Positions 38,099-51,959 of a stretch of DNA of 64,000 bases are shown here, piece after piece. Location: NCBI RefSeq assembly GCF_030144855.1, contig NC_082730.1, positions 13,578,001 to 13,642,000 of the forward strand, given 5' to 3'. The DNA comes from Hypanus sabinus (taxonomy: Eukaryota). Made by a program: the position numbers and the translations under genes. Position 1 is the stretch's first letter. Each line of letters starts with the position of its first letter. The notes under the pieces were generated by a model. It searched no databases. It saw nothing but the letters and a program-made list of their open reading frames with translations, and had not been told where the DNA came from.

Positions 38099-38564
38099 CT
38101 GGAAAATACAGTGTTACCATTGAAATGGTCATATCAAACCCATATTTAATCATCTGTGTGATACATGCAGTACATTATATCCATGAGAACTTCAGCAGAA
38201 TTATAGAAGGATTCCTTACATAGAGCAAAAGCCTGGCCTGGTTTCGGCTTAGGAACTCCGTAACCTTCACCTTCACTGCCTAATGGAGCAAATCATCTGA
38301 AAACAGCTGCCCCATCCTCACAAAGAGGAAGTATTAGTTGGAATCACTACATTAACCAATGAAATAAGACAACAGGACTGCATATGGCAATCACAATGCA
38401 TTGCTCCATCAAACAGTAACACCAAAACAAATTAAGAGGAAATGAAAAGAGAACAAATGGATGATAAAGGCACACAAATTTGGAGAAGTAGTAACCGAAC
38501 CTATAGAACAAGATAAGAACTACTTATCTAGAAAAACTACAAAACAGTACGCCTCATTATAAAC

Positions 38565-39145
38565 ACAAGAGATTCTGCAGATGCCGGAAACCTAGAGCAA
38601 CACATACAAAATGCTGGAGGGACTCAGCGGGTAGACAGCAAATAAACAGTCAATGTTTTGGTCTGAGATTCTTCTTCTGGACTAGAAAAGAAGGGGGGCA
38701 ATGCCAGAATAAAAAGGTGGGGGGGGGGGGGAAGGAGAGGGGAAGGAGAAGCCAGGTGAGTGAGAAAGGTAAAGGGTTGGAGAAGGAATCTGATAGAGGA
38801 GAGTTGTCCATGGCAGAAAGGGAAGAAGGAGGGGCACCAAGGGGATGTGATAGACTGGTGAAGAGAAGAGATGAGATTCCAGAGTGGGGAACAGAAGTTG
38901 GAAGGGGGAGACAAAAATACTGCAAGGAAAAAAAACACCATGTTCATGCAGTCAGGTTGTAGGCTACCAGGCTTCACCTGTCACCCTCTAGCTACCCTCC
39001 TTTCTCTCTCCCCACGTTCCAACTTTTTATTCTTTCATCTTCCTCCTTCCTTTCCATTCCTGAAGAAGGGTCTTGGCTAGAAAGGTCAACTGTTCATTCA
39101 TTTCCCTAGATGCTGACTTATCTGCTGAGCTCCTCCAGCATTATG
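38565..39145. mobile_element. Inverted pair of Penelope-type pLTR fragments
   Basis: Minus copy about 38565-38960 abuts a plus copy about 38970-39145. Confidence 0.65.
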
Positions 39146-40949
39146 TGCCTGTACATAAAATACAATTTATGCAACAGAGATTTTATTCAATGACTTGGAG
39201 GATAGTTGTACAAAAGTTGTGCATAACCTACATAGACTCAATATGTTATTGGCAGGAAAATTACCCCATGCCCTCCAGAAGCAGGGGCCAGAAGCAGTGT
39301 TTTCTTTATTAGCCTCTGGGAATAAGTAGAAGATGTCACTCTACAAGAGGATGCATGATAGTGTAGTGGGTAGAGCTTGTCTCTCTCACTTTCAGTTGCC
39401 ACCGCTGGCTAGCAGTTTGTAAAATGGAGATTTGAATGTGTATACCTCTCCCTGCCAGTACACGGCCTCTCCGACAGCAAGCCTCAGCCCTTCACTGGCA
39501 ACACACGGAAACTAAACTCCTTTCAGACTCAGGCTGAACTACAGAGGACAGGGAGGAGGTCCAGCCCCTGCACATGCAGCACACAGACCCACTAGTGTGT
39601 GGACGCGCCGTGGTGCTCGTGAACCAGATCCCCAGTGATGGGTAAGTAGCCTCACTGCCTTGTGGGCAGCCTCAGGCTACGGGAGTAAATCCAGATAGCA
39701 AGTCTGGAGTGGACCCTATAAGGCAGCTGGACGTCATTGAATATCCTTCTGGCAGCACCTGCAGCCAAGCTGGTGCCAAACAAATTGCTTCATAAGCTTT
39801 CCTTTCGACTATACTGGTGAGGCCAACAGACAGACAGACTTACTTTATCGATCCCGAGGGAAATTGGGTTTCATTACAGCCGCACCAACCAAGAATAGTG
39901 TAGAAATGTAGCAATATAAAACCATAAATAATTAAATAATAAGAAGTTAATCTTGCCAAGTGGAAATAAGTCCAGGACCAGCCTATTGGCTCAGGGTGTC
40001 TGACAAGAGGGAGATCTTGACAACTGGGCATCTCAGGATCTTCATACCTTCCACCCAGGCTTGCGGTGATGATCATCATCACCCATTGTCTTTCTGGAAA
40101 GGCAGATGCCAACCACCACCATTATTCAAGCTCACAGAATTATGGAAAGTGTTCACCCTGTTCATACCAGCACAGCTCAAGCTTCACCAGCTCTGCAGCT
40201 ACAGGTGCTTTGAGGATTATGTCCAAGGTCTTTGCAATTTCGACCTCTCAGCAACCTAGGACACATATACCCGCTACTTTTTTGTTGTCAATTGCTCATT
40301 CTATATCACTAATCATTTTTGCCCTCTGCTAGTCTCTCTGGTCTCTGTATTCATTTTCTGATTTTAAGCACTGCTGTCAATTTCTTCGCAATTTTTTTCC
40401 TGCTCCAGTACCTTGCAGTCTAACTATTGGACTGAAGTCCTTCATCCTCAAATGTGTTTCATAAATTCCTTTCACAACTAATTACAATGACCACAATACT
40501 CCAATTGCAGCCAAGCTTATATTTTATAAACAGAGACAAAAGAAGCTGCAAATTCTGGAATCAGGAACAAAAAAAAAATCCTGATCTGAAACAGTATAAA
40601 TTTCTGCACCTCCACCCCAACTCCCACAGAAGCTGTTTGACCCATTGAGTTACTCATGCAGTTTGCCTTTTATTCCATATTTTATAAGGTTTCTATCTAA
40701 CTTCATTTCTGTGGAACGCTGTATCAATGTACAGGTGACCTTCTGTCAGGCCTTGAACCCAGGTCTCTAGCATGGCAGTCTAGCACTCTACCACTGTTCA
40801 CAAAGGACTGAATGAGAAATGAACCCAAGTGCAGAGATCATGCATGAGGCCAAAATGAATATTCAGGCAGGTACTTTACTAGCCTCTGTATCCAGCAAAT
40901 AATTCTTTGTAACTTCCGGCATCTCCAAAAGGATCCCACTACCTAGCAC

Positions 40950-41820
40950 ACCTTTCCTTCTCCCCCACTTTTCTGATCACTCCCTATGTGACTCCCTTGT
41001 CTGTTGTTCCTTCCCCACTGATGTCTCTCCTGGTACTTCTTAACTTTGCAAGCAGAGCACATGCTATGCTCATCCCTACAACTCCTTCCTTACTACCATT
41101 CAGGGCCCCAAATAGTCCTTCCAGGTAAGGCAACACTACACCAGAGAGTCTTTTGGGGTCATCTATTGTATCAGGTGCTCTAGGAGTAGCCTCCTGTATA
41201 TCAGAGAGACCCGACATAGACTGGGGGATTGTCTTGATGAGCACTTACGCTCCATCCACCAGAAAAAGCAGGATCTCCCAGTGGCCACACATTTTAATTC
41301 CACTTCCCATTCCTATTCTGACATGTCAGTCCATGGCCTCCTCTACTACTGCAATGTGGCCACACTCTTGTTGGAGGAGCAACACCTTATATTCCATCTG
41401 GGCATCCTCAAACTTGGTGGTATGGACATACATTTCCCAAACTTTGAGTAATTGCCTCCCCCTCTCCTTCACCATTCCCTCTCTCACCTTATCTCCTTAC
41501 TTGTCCATCACCACCCTCTGCTGCTCTTCCCCCTTCTCTTTCTTCCATTGCCTACTGTCCTCTCCTATCAGATTCCCCCTTCTCCAGCCCTTTATCTCCC
41601 ACCAATCAACTTCCCAGCTTTTTCATTCATCCCTTCCCCTCCACTCCCCCAAGCACATACCATCATTTACTGCTTCCTCTCCTCCCCCACCTTCTTACTC
41701 TCACCTCATCTTTCTTTCCAGTCCTGATGAAGGGTCTCAGCCCAAAACATCATCTGTTTACTCTTTTCAATAGATGCTGCCTGACCTATCAAGTTCCTCC
41801 AGCATTTTGTGTGCTTTGCC
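40950..41820 (+). mobile_element. Penelope-like element 3' part (GIY-YIG and pLTR)
   Basis: GVIYCIRCSRSSLLYIRETRHRLGDCLDEHLRS; CTGATGA core near 41723. Confidence 0.8.
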
Positions 41821-43850
41821 AAAAAACACTCAAGGAAAATGGCATTGGATTACAAAACTAACACACTATCTAAAGTGTTGGCTCAAAGAGTGAGCAAAAG
41901 ACAACACAGTTCACACAGCTTAAATACTCAGAATAACTAAACAGAGATGTGGTGAATTACCACACAAGTAACACAACAAGGTGAGAATGTTTATAAACCA
42001 GAAGCCCACTGACTGCTTCGAATGACTGACTGTGGGATGGACCCTAAAGTCCTAACACATCTTCAATCAATTTCCCAATCTGGTGTGCAGCTTTCAAAGA
42101 ACTTTACCCTGGTTCTGTGCACTTTACATTGTCTTTTAGTCTTTGTGTCATAAAGTAACACTTTATATATTTTTCATCATTAAATTGGTCAAACAGCAAA
42201 GATATGAAGTAACTTACAAAAATAAGAGGAACATTTGTTAGTAATTTGCAGTGTGGTCATGCACAGATAACTGCAATGTTTATGTGGTGACCTTGACAAG
42301 ATTAAGATCAAATTTAGTTTGTGCCTGCTTTAGGTATGCCTCCTATTTTTTGGTCTCTTTTTGCACTACTCATTTAATTTATTTTTTTTACATTCACATT
42401 TCTTATTGTAATTTATAGTTTACTTTACTATTACTGCAGCAAAACAATAAATTTCATGATGTATGCCAGTGCCATTAAACCTGAGTCTGGTTACAATTCA
42501 GAAGTGGTTTCTGTTCTGTAGGAAGCTGCGTTCTTCTTAGAAGTCAATTGTTGAGTAATGCATCAAGTAAATAATTGTGGTGTGGTAAACACAATCTCTT
42601 TGTCTAAAAACTACCTCAGCAATAGTTTACTTTTAAAAGCTATGGCACAGGATAAATGGAGAGTAATTTGTGGATTTTACATCATGCTGCCCGGTTTAGC
42701 TTCTAGATTCCAGTTCCAAAGTACTTTATGTTCAGATCACCAGACATTTAATGTTCTCATCAGAAACTAACTTCTTGAGAGTTGTGAAACAAGGAAATCC
42801 TTTGAACAATTAAAAAAAAATTAATCTTTAAGTATTCTCAGCAAATTCATGATTGAATAAGTATAATCTCATTGTGTGACATCCTTAATAAATCTGATCA
42901 AGAATTGGATGAATACGCATTCGTTATTAAAGGTTACCCATTAAAACGTTTCCTCCCATGTTACTATGGAGAGAATTGTCTTGGTTTTAAGCAGAAACTC
43001 TATCCATAAGCAGAACAGAATTAAATTTTATTATGAGAAACAGTCCAGCAAAGATCTCTGCACTGTTCCAGTGCACATTAAACATTCCAGTATTTATTAT
43101 TGCTGCAACACCAATCTGCTGCATGAACTCAGTGGGCTGACGTTTTGGGTTGAGACCCTGTATCAAGGCTTCCCATTATCATCTGACTTCCTATGTAATT
43201 CTCTTAAAGTGGATATGACTTGCCATTTACTATTAGCACAGCTGAATGGAGAATAAATGAGAGGTTCAGCTTGCTGTTTCAAATACAACGGCTAATTCCC
43301 CAAAACCCATTTCAGCAGGTGAATGGGCAAGTCTCATCTCATCTTATTCCACCCAATCACTAGGGTGTCATATAGTTTTGCCATGCCAGATCCAATATGG
43401 AGTTTGCCACTTGTAATACGCAGGGGAATAATAGCTGTCACCTTGTTATAGTAATAACTTCCATTATTTTTCGCTGCTTTTTTTCACCTGGATAAGAACA
43501 TTTCAATTCTGGATCTTTGCTGATAAGAACCAGTTACAGTTTGCTGCTAATTCCACTTATCCCTGTCCCCACCAGCCTAGCACCCTCATCATCTCGATAC
43601 ACCTATTGCTTTTTAGCTTCTTCTCCACCCATTCCTCCACCTTTTTTCTGCTGGCTCTCTTCCTTCTATCTTTCAGTCCTGATGAAGTGTCTTGACCTGA
43701 AATTCTTACTGTCCATTTCCCCTCCATAGATGCTGCCTGATCCACTGAGTTCCTTCAGCATTTTGTGTTGCTATAATCTCTGAATATTCTCCAGCCAATT
43801 ATTCCACGTACCATGAAATTACCTCAGAAAGTTATAAGTGTTGTACTCAC

Positions 43851-43942
43851 GTTTGTATTTATTCTTTAAATAGCAAATCAGACATATGAAAAACACCAGG
43901 AAGAGAACCACAGCGACAGTGAGCACGACTTTGAAAATGTTT
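43851..43942 (-). CDS. Gene B transmembrane exon (NIFKVVLTVAVVLFLVFFICLICYLKNKYK)
   Basis: Pyrimidine-rich ...catcatag acceptor, C|gtgagt donor; 92 nt, phase 2 to 1; 21-residue uncharged helix followed by basic stop-transfer residues. Confidence 0.88.
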
Positions 43943-44829
43943 CTATGATGCGGAGAAGAGAAAAGAGTTAGCCCTGGCTAAAAACCCTTGCCAAAAATTT
44001 GTACAAGTCTGCAAGAAGGAGAAATGCACATCTGGTGCTTGCAAATCTCCATTTGCAGCTTTCGTAGGTTTACAACGCAGTAAATGAAGAGCTTATCATT
44101 GAAATGTTGGTTATGGTCGATACCTGTACCCTGGCTTGAAGCCTGAGAAGAGCTTATTTGTCATATACGCCGGGAAAACACTAGATCCTTTTTCAAGTTT
44201 AGACAATGTGTAGTGTGGGAAATGCAACAGTCAATATGCAGCGTGCATAGCAAGTGCCACTTAGATAGGCATAAGAATGTGCAGAGAACGGAGAGATATG
44301 AACATTGGGTAGGAAGAAAGGATTGGTCTAGTTAGGTGCTTACTTACTAGTTTAACTAGTTCATCACAATATTGTGGGTAGAAGGGCCTGTTCTTGTGCT
44401 GTGCTGCTCTGTTCTATGTTCCAAGATCCCACAGACAACAATGTGATCGTGACCAGCGATAGTGATGCTGGTTACAGGATAAATGTTGCCTAGGTTATTG
44501 GGCAGGTGGTGAGGCGGAGATAGATCTCTACCAAAGGAGGTGTAGGGTGCTATTTCCCTCCACCAGACTGCAGGTCACCCTTGGGCAAGGTGTAACACCT
44601 GCTTAGCCCCCTGATCAGGGTCACCTGAAGCCATGGGAGGAGGTGCTGGATGGCTGTATGAGAAGCTGGTTCATATCACAAATCCTGTGACTACTGACGC
44701 CGGGCAGAATATCTCTGAAGAGTATTGATAGCGGCTGTGGTCACACACCTTGTAAAGACACTGCCCAGAAGAAGGCAATGGCAAATCACTTCTGTAGAAA
44801 AATTTGCCCAGGACAATCCTGGTCATGAT

Positions 44830-45870
44830 CTTGCTGGTGGTGAGTGGGGTGCTACAGGGGTCGGTGCTGGGCCTGCAGCTGTTTACTATTTAATTTGATG
44901 ATTTGGAAGTGGGGACTGAGTTAGCGTAGCAAAATTTGCTGATGACACTAAACTGAGTGGAAAAGCAAGTTGTACAGAGGATGGGAGCGTCTGCAGAGGG
45001 ATATAAATAGGTTAAATGAGTGGGCCAAGGTCTAGCAGGTGGAATATAATGTTAATAAATGCAAGATCATCCACTTTGGAAGGAATAATAGAAGAGCATT
45101 ATTATTTAAATGGTGAAAGATTGCAGCATGCTGTTGTGCAGAGGAACTTGGGAGTGCTTGTTTATGAATCGCAAAAAGTTGGCTTGCAGGTACAACAGGT
45201 TACTAAGAAGGCAAACAGAATGTTGGCCTTCATTGCTAGCAGGATTGAATTCAAGATCAGGGAGGTCATGCTGCAACTGTACAGGGTACTGGTGAGGCTG
45301 CACCTGGAGTACTGTGTGCAGTTCTGGTCTCCATACTTGAGGAAGGATATCCTGGCTTTAGAGGCAGTGCAGAGGAGGTTCACCAGCTTGTTTCCAGTGA
45401 TGAAGGGGTTAACCTATGAGGAGAGCTTGAGTTGCCTGGGACTGTATTCTTTGGAATTCAGAAGAATGAGAGGGGATCTTATAGAAACATACAAAATTTT
45501 GTAAGGGATAGATAAGATAAGAAGTAGGAAAGTTGTTTCCATTGGTAGGTGATACTAGAACTAGGGGACATTGCCTCAAGATTCAGGGGAGAAGATTTAG
45601 GATGGAGATGAGGAGAAACTGTTTTTCCAAGAGAGTGGTGAATCTGTGGAACTCTGCTCAGGGAAGCAGCTGAGGCTTCTTCACTAAATATATTTAAGAA
45701 ACAGTTAGACAGGTTTTTACAAACTAAGGGAATTAAGGGTTATGGGGAAAAGGCAGGTAGATGGAGCTGAGTTTATGGTCAGATCAGCCATGATCTTATT
45801 GAATGGCGGGGCAGGCTCGATGGGCCGGATGGCCTACTCCTGCTCCTATTTCTTATGTTCTTATGTCACA
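44830..45870 (+). mobile_element. CR1-type LINE, 5'-truncated
   Basis: KFADDTKL; ORF 45016-45504 (LVRLHLEYCVQFWSPYLRKDI); typical 3' UTR. Confidence 0.88.
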
Positions 45871-47740
45871 AAGTGTGTTGTTTTGTGGCAGCAGTTCAGT
45901 GTAATACATAATTTATTTATTTACTTTTACTTATTGAGATACAGTACAGAAGGGTTCTTCCGGCGATTCGAGACTCGCCACCCTGCAATTCTCCCAATTT
46001 AATCCTGGTCTAATCATGGGACAATTTACAATGACCAATTACCCTACCAGCTGATATGACTTTGGGACTGAGGGAGGACACTGGAGCATCCCAAGGAAAC
46101 CCATGCAGTCATGGGGAGAACGTACAAAGCCCTTACAAGCAGTAGTGGGAATTGAACCCACATCTCCTGTGCTAACCACTATGCTGTCGTGCCACCCTAA
46201 AGATGACTATTAAAATAAATAGTGCTAAAGGCAAATAATAAGGTAATATTCATGTGTAACACAGCAGGCCAGGCAGCATCTATTCTTGCTGCTTCTTCCG
46301 ATAGTTGCTGCCTGGCCTGCTGCGCTCCACCAGCATTTTGTGTGTGTTGCTTCAATTTCCAGCATCTGTAATATTCATGGTTCACTATCTTTTCTGCTCT
46401 GTCCTTTTGTACTAATTTATTTTATATATATATGTATATTTTATTGTAATTTATAGGTTTTGTATTATTATGTATTGCAGCGTACCGCTGTTGCAAAACA
46501 ACAAATTTCATGACATAAACCAGTGATATTAAACCTGATTCTGATTCTTATTCTGGCTTCATGGGCTGTCCATAAATTTGATGGTAGCGTGGAAGGAGAT
46601 GTAATTAAAACATTGACTGCAGGTGTTTAGACTCCTCCAAATAGGGTCAATAGCATTAATGCAGTCTTTATCCCCAGGGTTAGGGAATCATGAACTGGAG
46701 GGCATAAGATCAAGCTGACAGGGAAGAGATTGAATGGAAACCTAAGGAACAAGATTTCGATCCAGTGGGTGGCCAGTGCAGGGAATGAGCTGCCAGAAGA
46801 GGTGGTTGTGACGGGTATGTTAACAACTTTTTAAAGGTGCATGCAAGCTCCATTTCAAAACTTACGACGTTAGAACAAGCACATGGATAGTAGGGATATG
46901 TAGGGCAATGGTCCTGCTGCAGGTTGAAGAGAGTAGGCAGTTCAGATGGGTTCAGTGAGGACTAAATGGGCTTAATTCTGCGCTGTACTTCTCTATGACA
47001 GTATGACTTGATAATAGCAAAGATTTAGAGGGATATGTGCTAAACACGAGCACATGCAACTAGCTTAAATCTTGGCTGGCGTAGATCAGATGGGCTGAAG
47101 GGCCCTTTTGACTAAAGACTAGATGTTTCCTGCAGTTGTAATGACCCATGTTGAGACCTTCCCCACCCTCAAAGTGTTGTTCACAATTGATATCAAGATC
47201 CTTGCCTTGACTCTGTAATTTGATAAAGAGCTTTCCAATCAGTCCCACAACAGAGCAGGTCACAACAAGCCTAGAGAGCATTACTGCTTGGCAAACACAA
47301 TTCACCGCACACCGTAGCATAATATTAGTGATGGAGATGTCATGGTGAAAACTTCAGGGAATACTCTCTGAGTGGTGATAGTTGGAGGAAGTTGTTCTTA
47401 TTTCACAATGAAAAGCATAATAAATATAAACCTAGTGCCATTTCATTTTGCTGAGCTGCCTTTCAAAATAATGTTATATGTTTAAAATACCACAAAGTGT
47501 TTAAGGTAGGAGTTCCCAACCCTGAGGTCTATAGGCCCGTCGGTTAATGGTAGGGGTCCAAGGCATAAAACTGGTGGGGAGTCCCTCTGGAACTTGAGCT
47601 TGAAGCTTGCATAAGAACATTGGTTGTTGTCTCACCCATCAGTTAGTTTGGTTAAAGTCAACCCCTTCATATGTAGAAACCAAATTCAAAAAACCTATCA
47701 AATATCTCTCACATGTAAAACGGTTTTAGGAACAGTATAC

Positions 47741-47813
47741 CTTTTTCCATGATGGTCTTCCTCATTCTCGGATTTCTCCACTGTACCCGAGGATTGTGTA
47801 GTTGTTTGTTCAG
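47741..47813 (-). CDS. Gene B stalk exon (A-EQTTTQSSGTVEKSENEEDHHGK-R)
   Basis: tgtcttttacag acceptor, AG|gtatac donor; 73 nt, phase 1 to 2; S/T-rich. Confidence 0.8.
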
Positions 47814-50577
47814 CTGTAAAAGACACAAAAGTAAATTCAACTCTTACTGAGATATGGGAGTTAAATTCAGCTTCACTTGCTTTACAATTGAAGATAGAGC
47901 AAAATTCTTGCCCCTAGTAAAAAGCTGATCGGTTTCGCAGACATAGGGATAGTTCCTCAGTGTAAGTGCAGCAAATGAGAGATGTTGGCCGCATTCAAGA
48001 TTCAAGATTGTTTGTCATTCTTCAGTACACAAGTGCAAAGGGGAACGAAATAATTTTTACTCCGGGTCTGATGCAAAGTAAAAAAAAAACCACAATGAGC
48101 ATAATAAACATAATAAATATAAATGAAAAAGCAATTGTATAAAATACAATGTACAAGTTTCTTAAATTTAAACAATCTAAGGGGTAGGACATCTCTTTTG
48201 AACTACACTCCTAAACTGTGGAACTCAATAGGTAAAGTTATCAGGGATCCAGAATTAGTTGACACTTTAAAACATCAGCTCAGAACCTATTTATTTAAAT
48301 TTGCTTTTAAGTAACATCTTTTTGATTTTTAATTTCGTATTTGCACTTTATCCCATTGTAAAGCACTTTGAACAACATCGTCTATATGAAAAGTGATCTA
48401 AAAATAAGTTAATATTATTAATATTATTATGTAATCGTTGAGTGTGTCCGTGCTGTGATTGTTATATGGTTATATATAAATAAGATAGTACTTGTACATA
48501 TGTGATGCTGGGTGCAGGAGTACTTGAACATAAGGTCATTCTCAAGGTTGAAGGGCCTGTTTGACTCTTTGACTGCAAATGATTAAGTTTACTGATAATT
48601 TCCATTTCTTCGTATTTACTGATAATTTTCATTTCCTTCCTATTTCTCAGCACTGGTGATGCTGAAATGTCGTCGGGGCTGTTAAGGGGCCTGGAATGCT
48701 GAGAAAACAAATTGTGTTTAATTCTATGTAAAAACTAGGGACATTCCAGCTTTTCAAGTCCTGATGCAGGGTTTTAACCTGAAAAGTCGACCGTTTCTTT
48801 CCTCCCACAGATCTGCTCGACAGGCTGAGTTCATCTGGCAGATATTTTATTGCTCCAAATTCCAGCATCTGCAGTCTCCAGACTTAATCATTAAAGATTC
48901 TCAACACCCAGCCCAGAACTCTTCTCACTGCTGCCATCAGGTAGAAGGGACAAGAGTCCCAGGACTGATAACATCAGGTTGAAGAGCAGTTATTACACCT
49001 CAACCATCTGGCTCTTGAACAAAAGGGGATAGCTGCATTTGTTTAAGGACTTGTTTATCTTGTTACTTCATGCTCATTATTTCTTGCTATTTATTTATAT
49101 CAGCATTTGCATGGTTTGTTCACTGTTTACAGTTTCTGAGGTTTACAGTTTGCCAATCTTCTTTATAGTTACTGTGTTATAGATTTGCTAAGTATGCCTG
49201 CAGAGAAAGAATCTCAGGGTTGTATGTGGTGACATGTATGTACTCTGATAATAAATTTTACTTTGAACTTTGTAAATATAGACAATGTTTTGAATCCATT
49301 TTCCATGAGATTCAATGCCTGCTTTCAATGCATCCTAATTGAGAGAAACTGGACATTGGTATTGTCTCAGACGGAATGAAAGATCTTAAGCAGAAACCAG
49401 CAATGTAAATTCACACAACAAAGCAATACTGTGGTTATAAAAAGGTGTCAAGAGGCCACACATTCCAGAGAGTGACAACCATTCTCATTCCAAACATTTA
49501 CCACAATCTGAGATGGGGGAAAATCGCTGCTCCAACACAAACAGGAACCCAAAAGAACAGTCCAATATATTATCCACCAAGCAACTAAACAGTCTCTCTC
49601 ATCAGCACCGGCAGGAGACTACTACCTGGACAAAATAGACAGACGCTCATGACCATCTGCTCCAAGGACAATGGTAGCAGCCACCTGGAAGCAAAACTGT
49701 TGGATTTTGACATCTGTCACATAAATAAGATCCTTGCTCAGTTGGTGTCAATCGTAAGGATCATTTCACTGGAACTTGCTCCACGATTATTTGAAGCTGT
49801 GCAAAAACATTAACGGTGATGATGCTTGAAGGACTGATTATGTAGATTCAGATTATTTGTGTCTGACAGCTTTGAATGGACAGTGGGATGTTTTCATACC
49901 ACGTGTACTGAATGAGAAAGGTTCCCTGGACAGACTCACAGGACACTGGGTGCTGGTGACGAGTGGTGTGGGTATTGTGACTGCTTCTTTTCACATTACA
50001 TGGAGACAAGTTAGTTGACCGAGTTGATGGCTTTGTGACCAGGTTTGCAGATGGTACACAGATAGTTGGAGGGACAGATAAGTGCTGTGGCAGTATGCAG
50101 TCTGTGGCAGGACTTAATCAGATTGGGAGGACAGATAAGGATTGTCAGATGGAATATTGTGAGAGAACTACATGATCAGCCATTTTGGTAGAAGGAATAA
50201 ACATCTCTTCTGAATGGTGAGATAACTCAATATTGGAGGTGCAATGGGACTTGGTATCTTTGAGGCATATCGACCATGAGTAATACTTGTATCTCACTGA
50301 TCTGTTATTGCTGGATTATTAGTTTCAGTCTGAATGTAAACATCTGACAGGGTGACATTTCACACGGTTCAGAGGCAGGAAAATGTGCTGAGCCTCCGGT
50401 GTCCTGTCAGAGGGTCAGACGCTGCATGGGATGAGAGCAACAGGAATGGGTTTTCTTGACCCCAGCCCACTCCCCACAGGACTACTGCAGAGCTTCAGGA
50501 TATCCTTGCTGTCCTGACCCCTCCCAGAGAAAACATAAAGTTTAATTGGAGCACAAAGTTATCCACTGGAAACCTAC

Positions 50578-50895
50578 CATTAGACACTTGTAGATGTACA
50601 TTAAATATCGGATCATGACGTGTTGTAATTCCACAGCCGTACCATCCTGTATCTTCAGAGTGAAGATCCTCCATAGAAACAGTAAATATTCCCTGTTCCG
50701 GGTTATCTGTGATTGACACTCGTCCACTCCGTCCGTGTTGCCCATTTGTTTCCACTAAAACTGTACATTGATCAGTCCATCCACGGCACCAATACTTTGT
50801 GTGTGAGCGGTAGTTTTCCTTATAGTAACAATCGATTGTGATCGCTCTTCCGACATCTCCTCTTACATTTTCTTCTGCCCACAATGCACCTGAAA
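50578..50895 (-). CDS. Gene B V exon 2 (tandem duplicate of V exon 1)
   Basis: Same acceptor context, gtaggt donor, 318 nt, phase 1-1, open frame; about 70% aa identity to V exon 1 by manual alignment. Confidence 0.95.
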
Positions 50896-50987
50896 CTGAG
50901 GGAGGCATTTTCAGATTTGATGGAAAAGAAGAACTTAATGCAAACAAATAACTTTGAAAGCACAAAATCAATCATTATGAAACCTAC

Positions 50988-51308
50988 ATTCAAATACTTG
51001 TAGATAAACATAAAATTTCATCTCGAGACTTCTGTCTGTAACTCCACAGCCGTACCATCCTGTATCTGCAGATTGAAGATTCTCCATAGTAACAGTAAAT
51101 ATTCGCTGTTCCGGGTTATCTGTGATTGACACTCGTCCCCTCTGTCTGTGTTGATCATTTGTTTCCACTAAAACTGTACAATGGTCAGTCCATCCACGGC
51201 ACCAATACTTTGCATGTGAAAGGTACTTTGCTTCATAGTGACAATCGATTGTGATCGCTCTTCCTACGAGTCCTGTTACATTTCTCTTCGCCCACAATGC
51301 ACCTGAAA
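50988..51308 (-). CDS. Gene B V exon 1 (Ig V-set, CD300/pIgR-like)
   Basis: ctccctcag acceptor and gtaggt donor, 321 nt, phase 1-1; AITIDC..KYWCRGWTDHC..GRVSITDNPEQ..FTVTMENL..DTGWYGCG. Confidence 0.95.
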
Positions 51309-51959
51309 CTGAGGGAGAAATCATTGAAATTGCAGAAACAAATGTGGGTTTTCATTCTGACACAATTGAAGACCCTGTATGGGTCACACCTGTAATGTGA
51401 ACAAGTCATGTCTCCTTTGGTTCCTTAAGGTCGTTATAGCTAGGAGAGGGGGGCTGTGGAGAATAGGTCATATCACCGATTAAGTGCTGTGTGTCTCAGT
51501 GGTGTGTGTCTCAAATAGACTAACAATCCAGTACAACTCCTGGCCTTCACATATGGCTTTGCGATTAAGCCCAGTGGAACTGTTTCTACTGACAGGAGAG
51601 GTGACAGAGGCAAAATCCAGAGCTGGAGTCCCTACGGCAGTCCAAAGTTGCTGCTTTCAAGGCTGAGTATCAAGAACTCTGATGCCACTGGTGTCAAACT
51701 GTATCAGTTTCTGTCGTTCATCTGGATTCATTGGGAGTGTGCAGAGAAGGAGCTTTCTGCATGGGAATGAGCTGGCTCTCGTTATCAGATGCCCTGTCTT
51801 GCATCCTGGTTTGCATATCACATAACAGAGAGAGTGTGACTATGATTCAGAGAATGACGACTATGTTTTAGCGCCTAACTATAACCATCTACTCCAGACC
51901 ATTGAAGAATATCAGATGATGAGACTGAAATATACGAAATCCTGCTGGGCCTTGCCAGG

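Noticed and set aside
41153-41773. 206-aa plus-strand ORF as a host gene
   Set aside because: Off-frame reading of a Penelope-like fragment and its pyrimidine tract
42090-42150. Candidate extra cytoplasmic exon of gene B (CAGG|gtaaag donor)
   Set aside because: No good acceptor, the phase-1 reading hits TAA, and the exon is not needed for the frame
48462-48710. S/P/T-containing minus-strand ORF with a good acceptor as an extra stalk exon of gene B
   Set aside because: The phase-1 acceptors tried either hit stops or have no phase-1 GT donor, and V2 already splices in frame to 47813. It is not fully excluded as a rare terminal exon.
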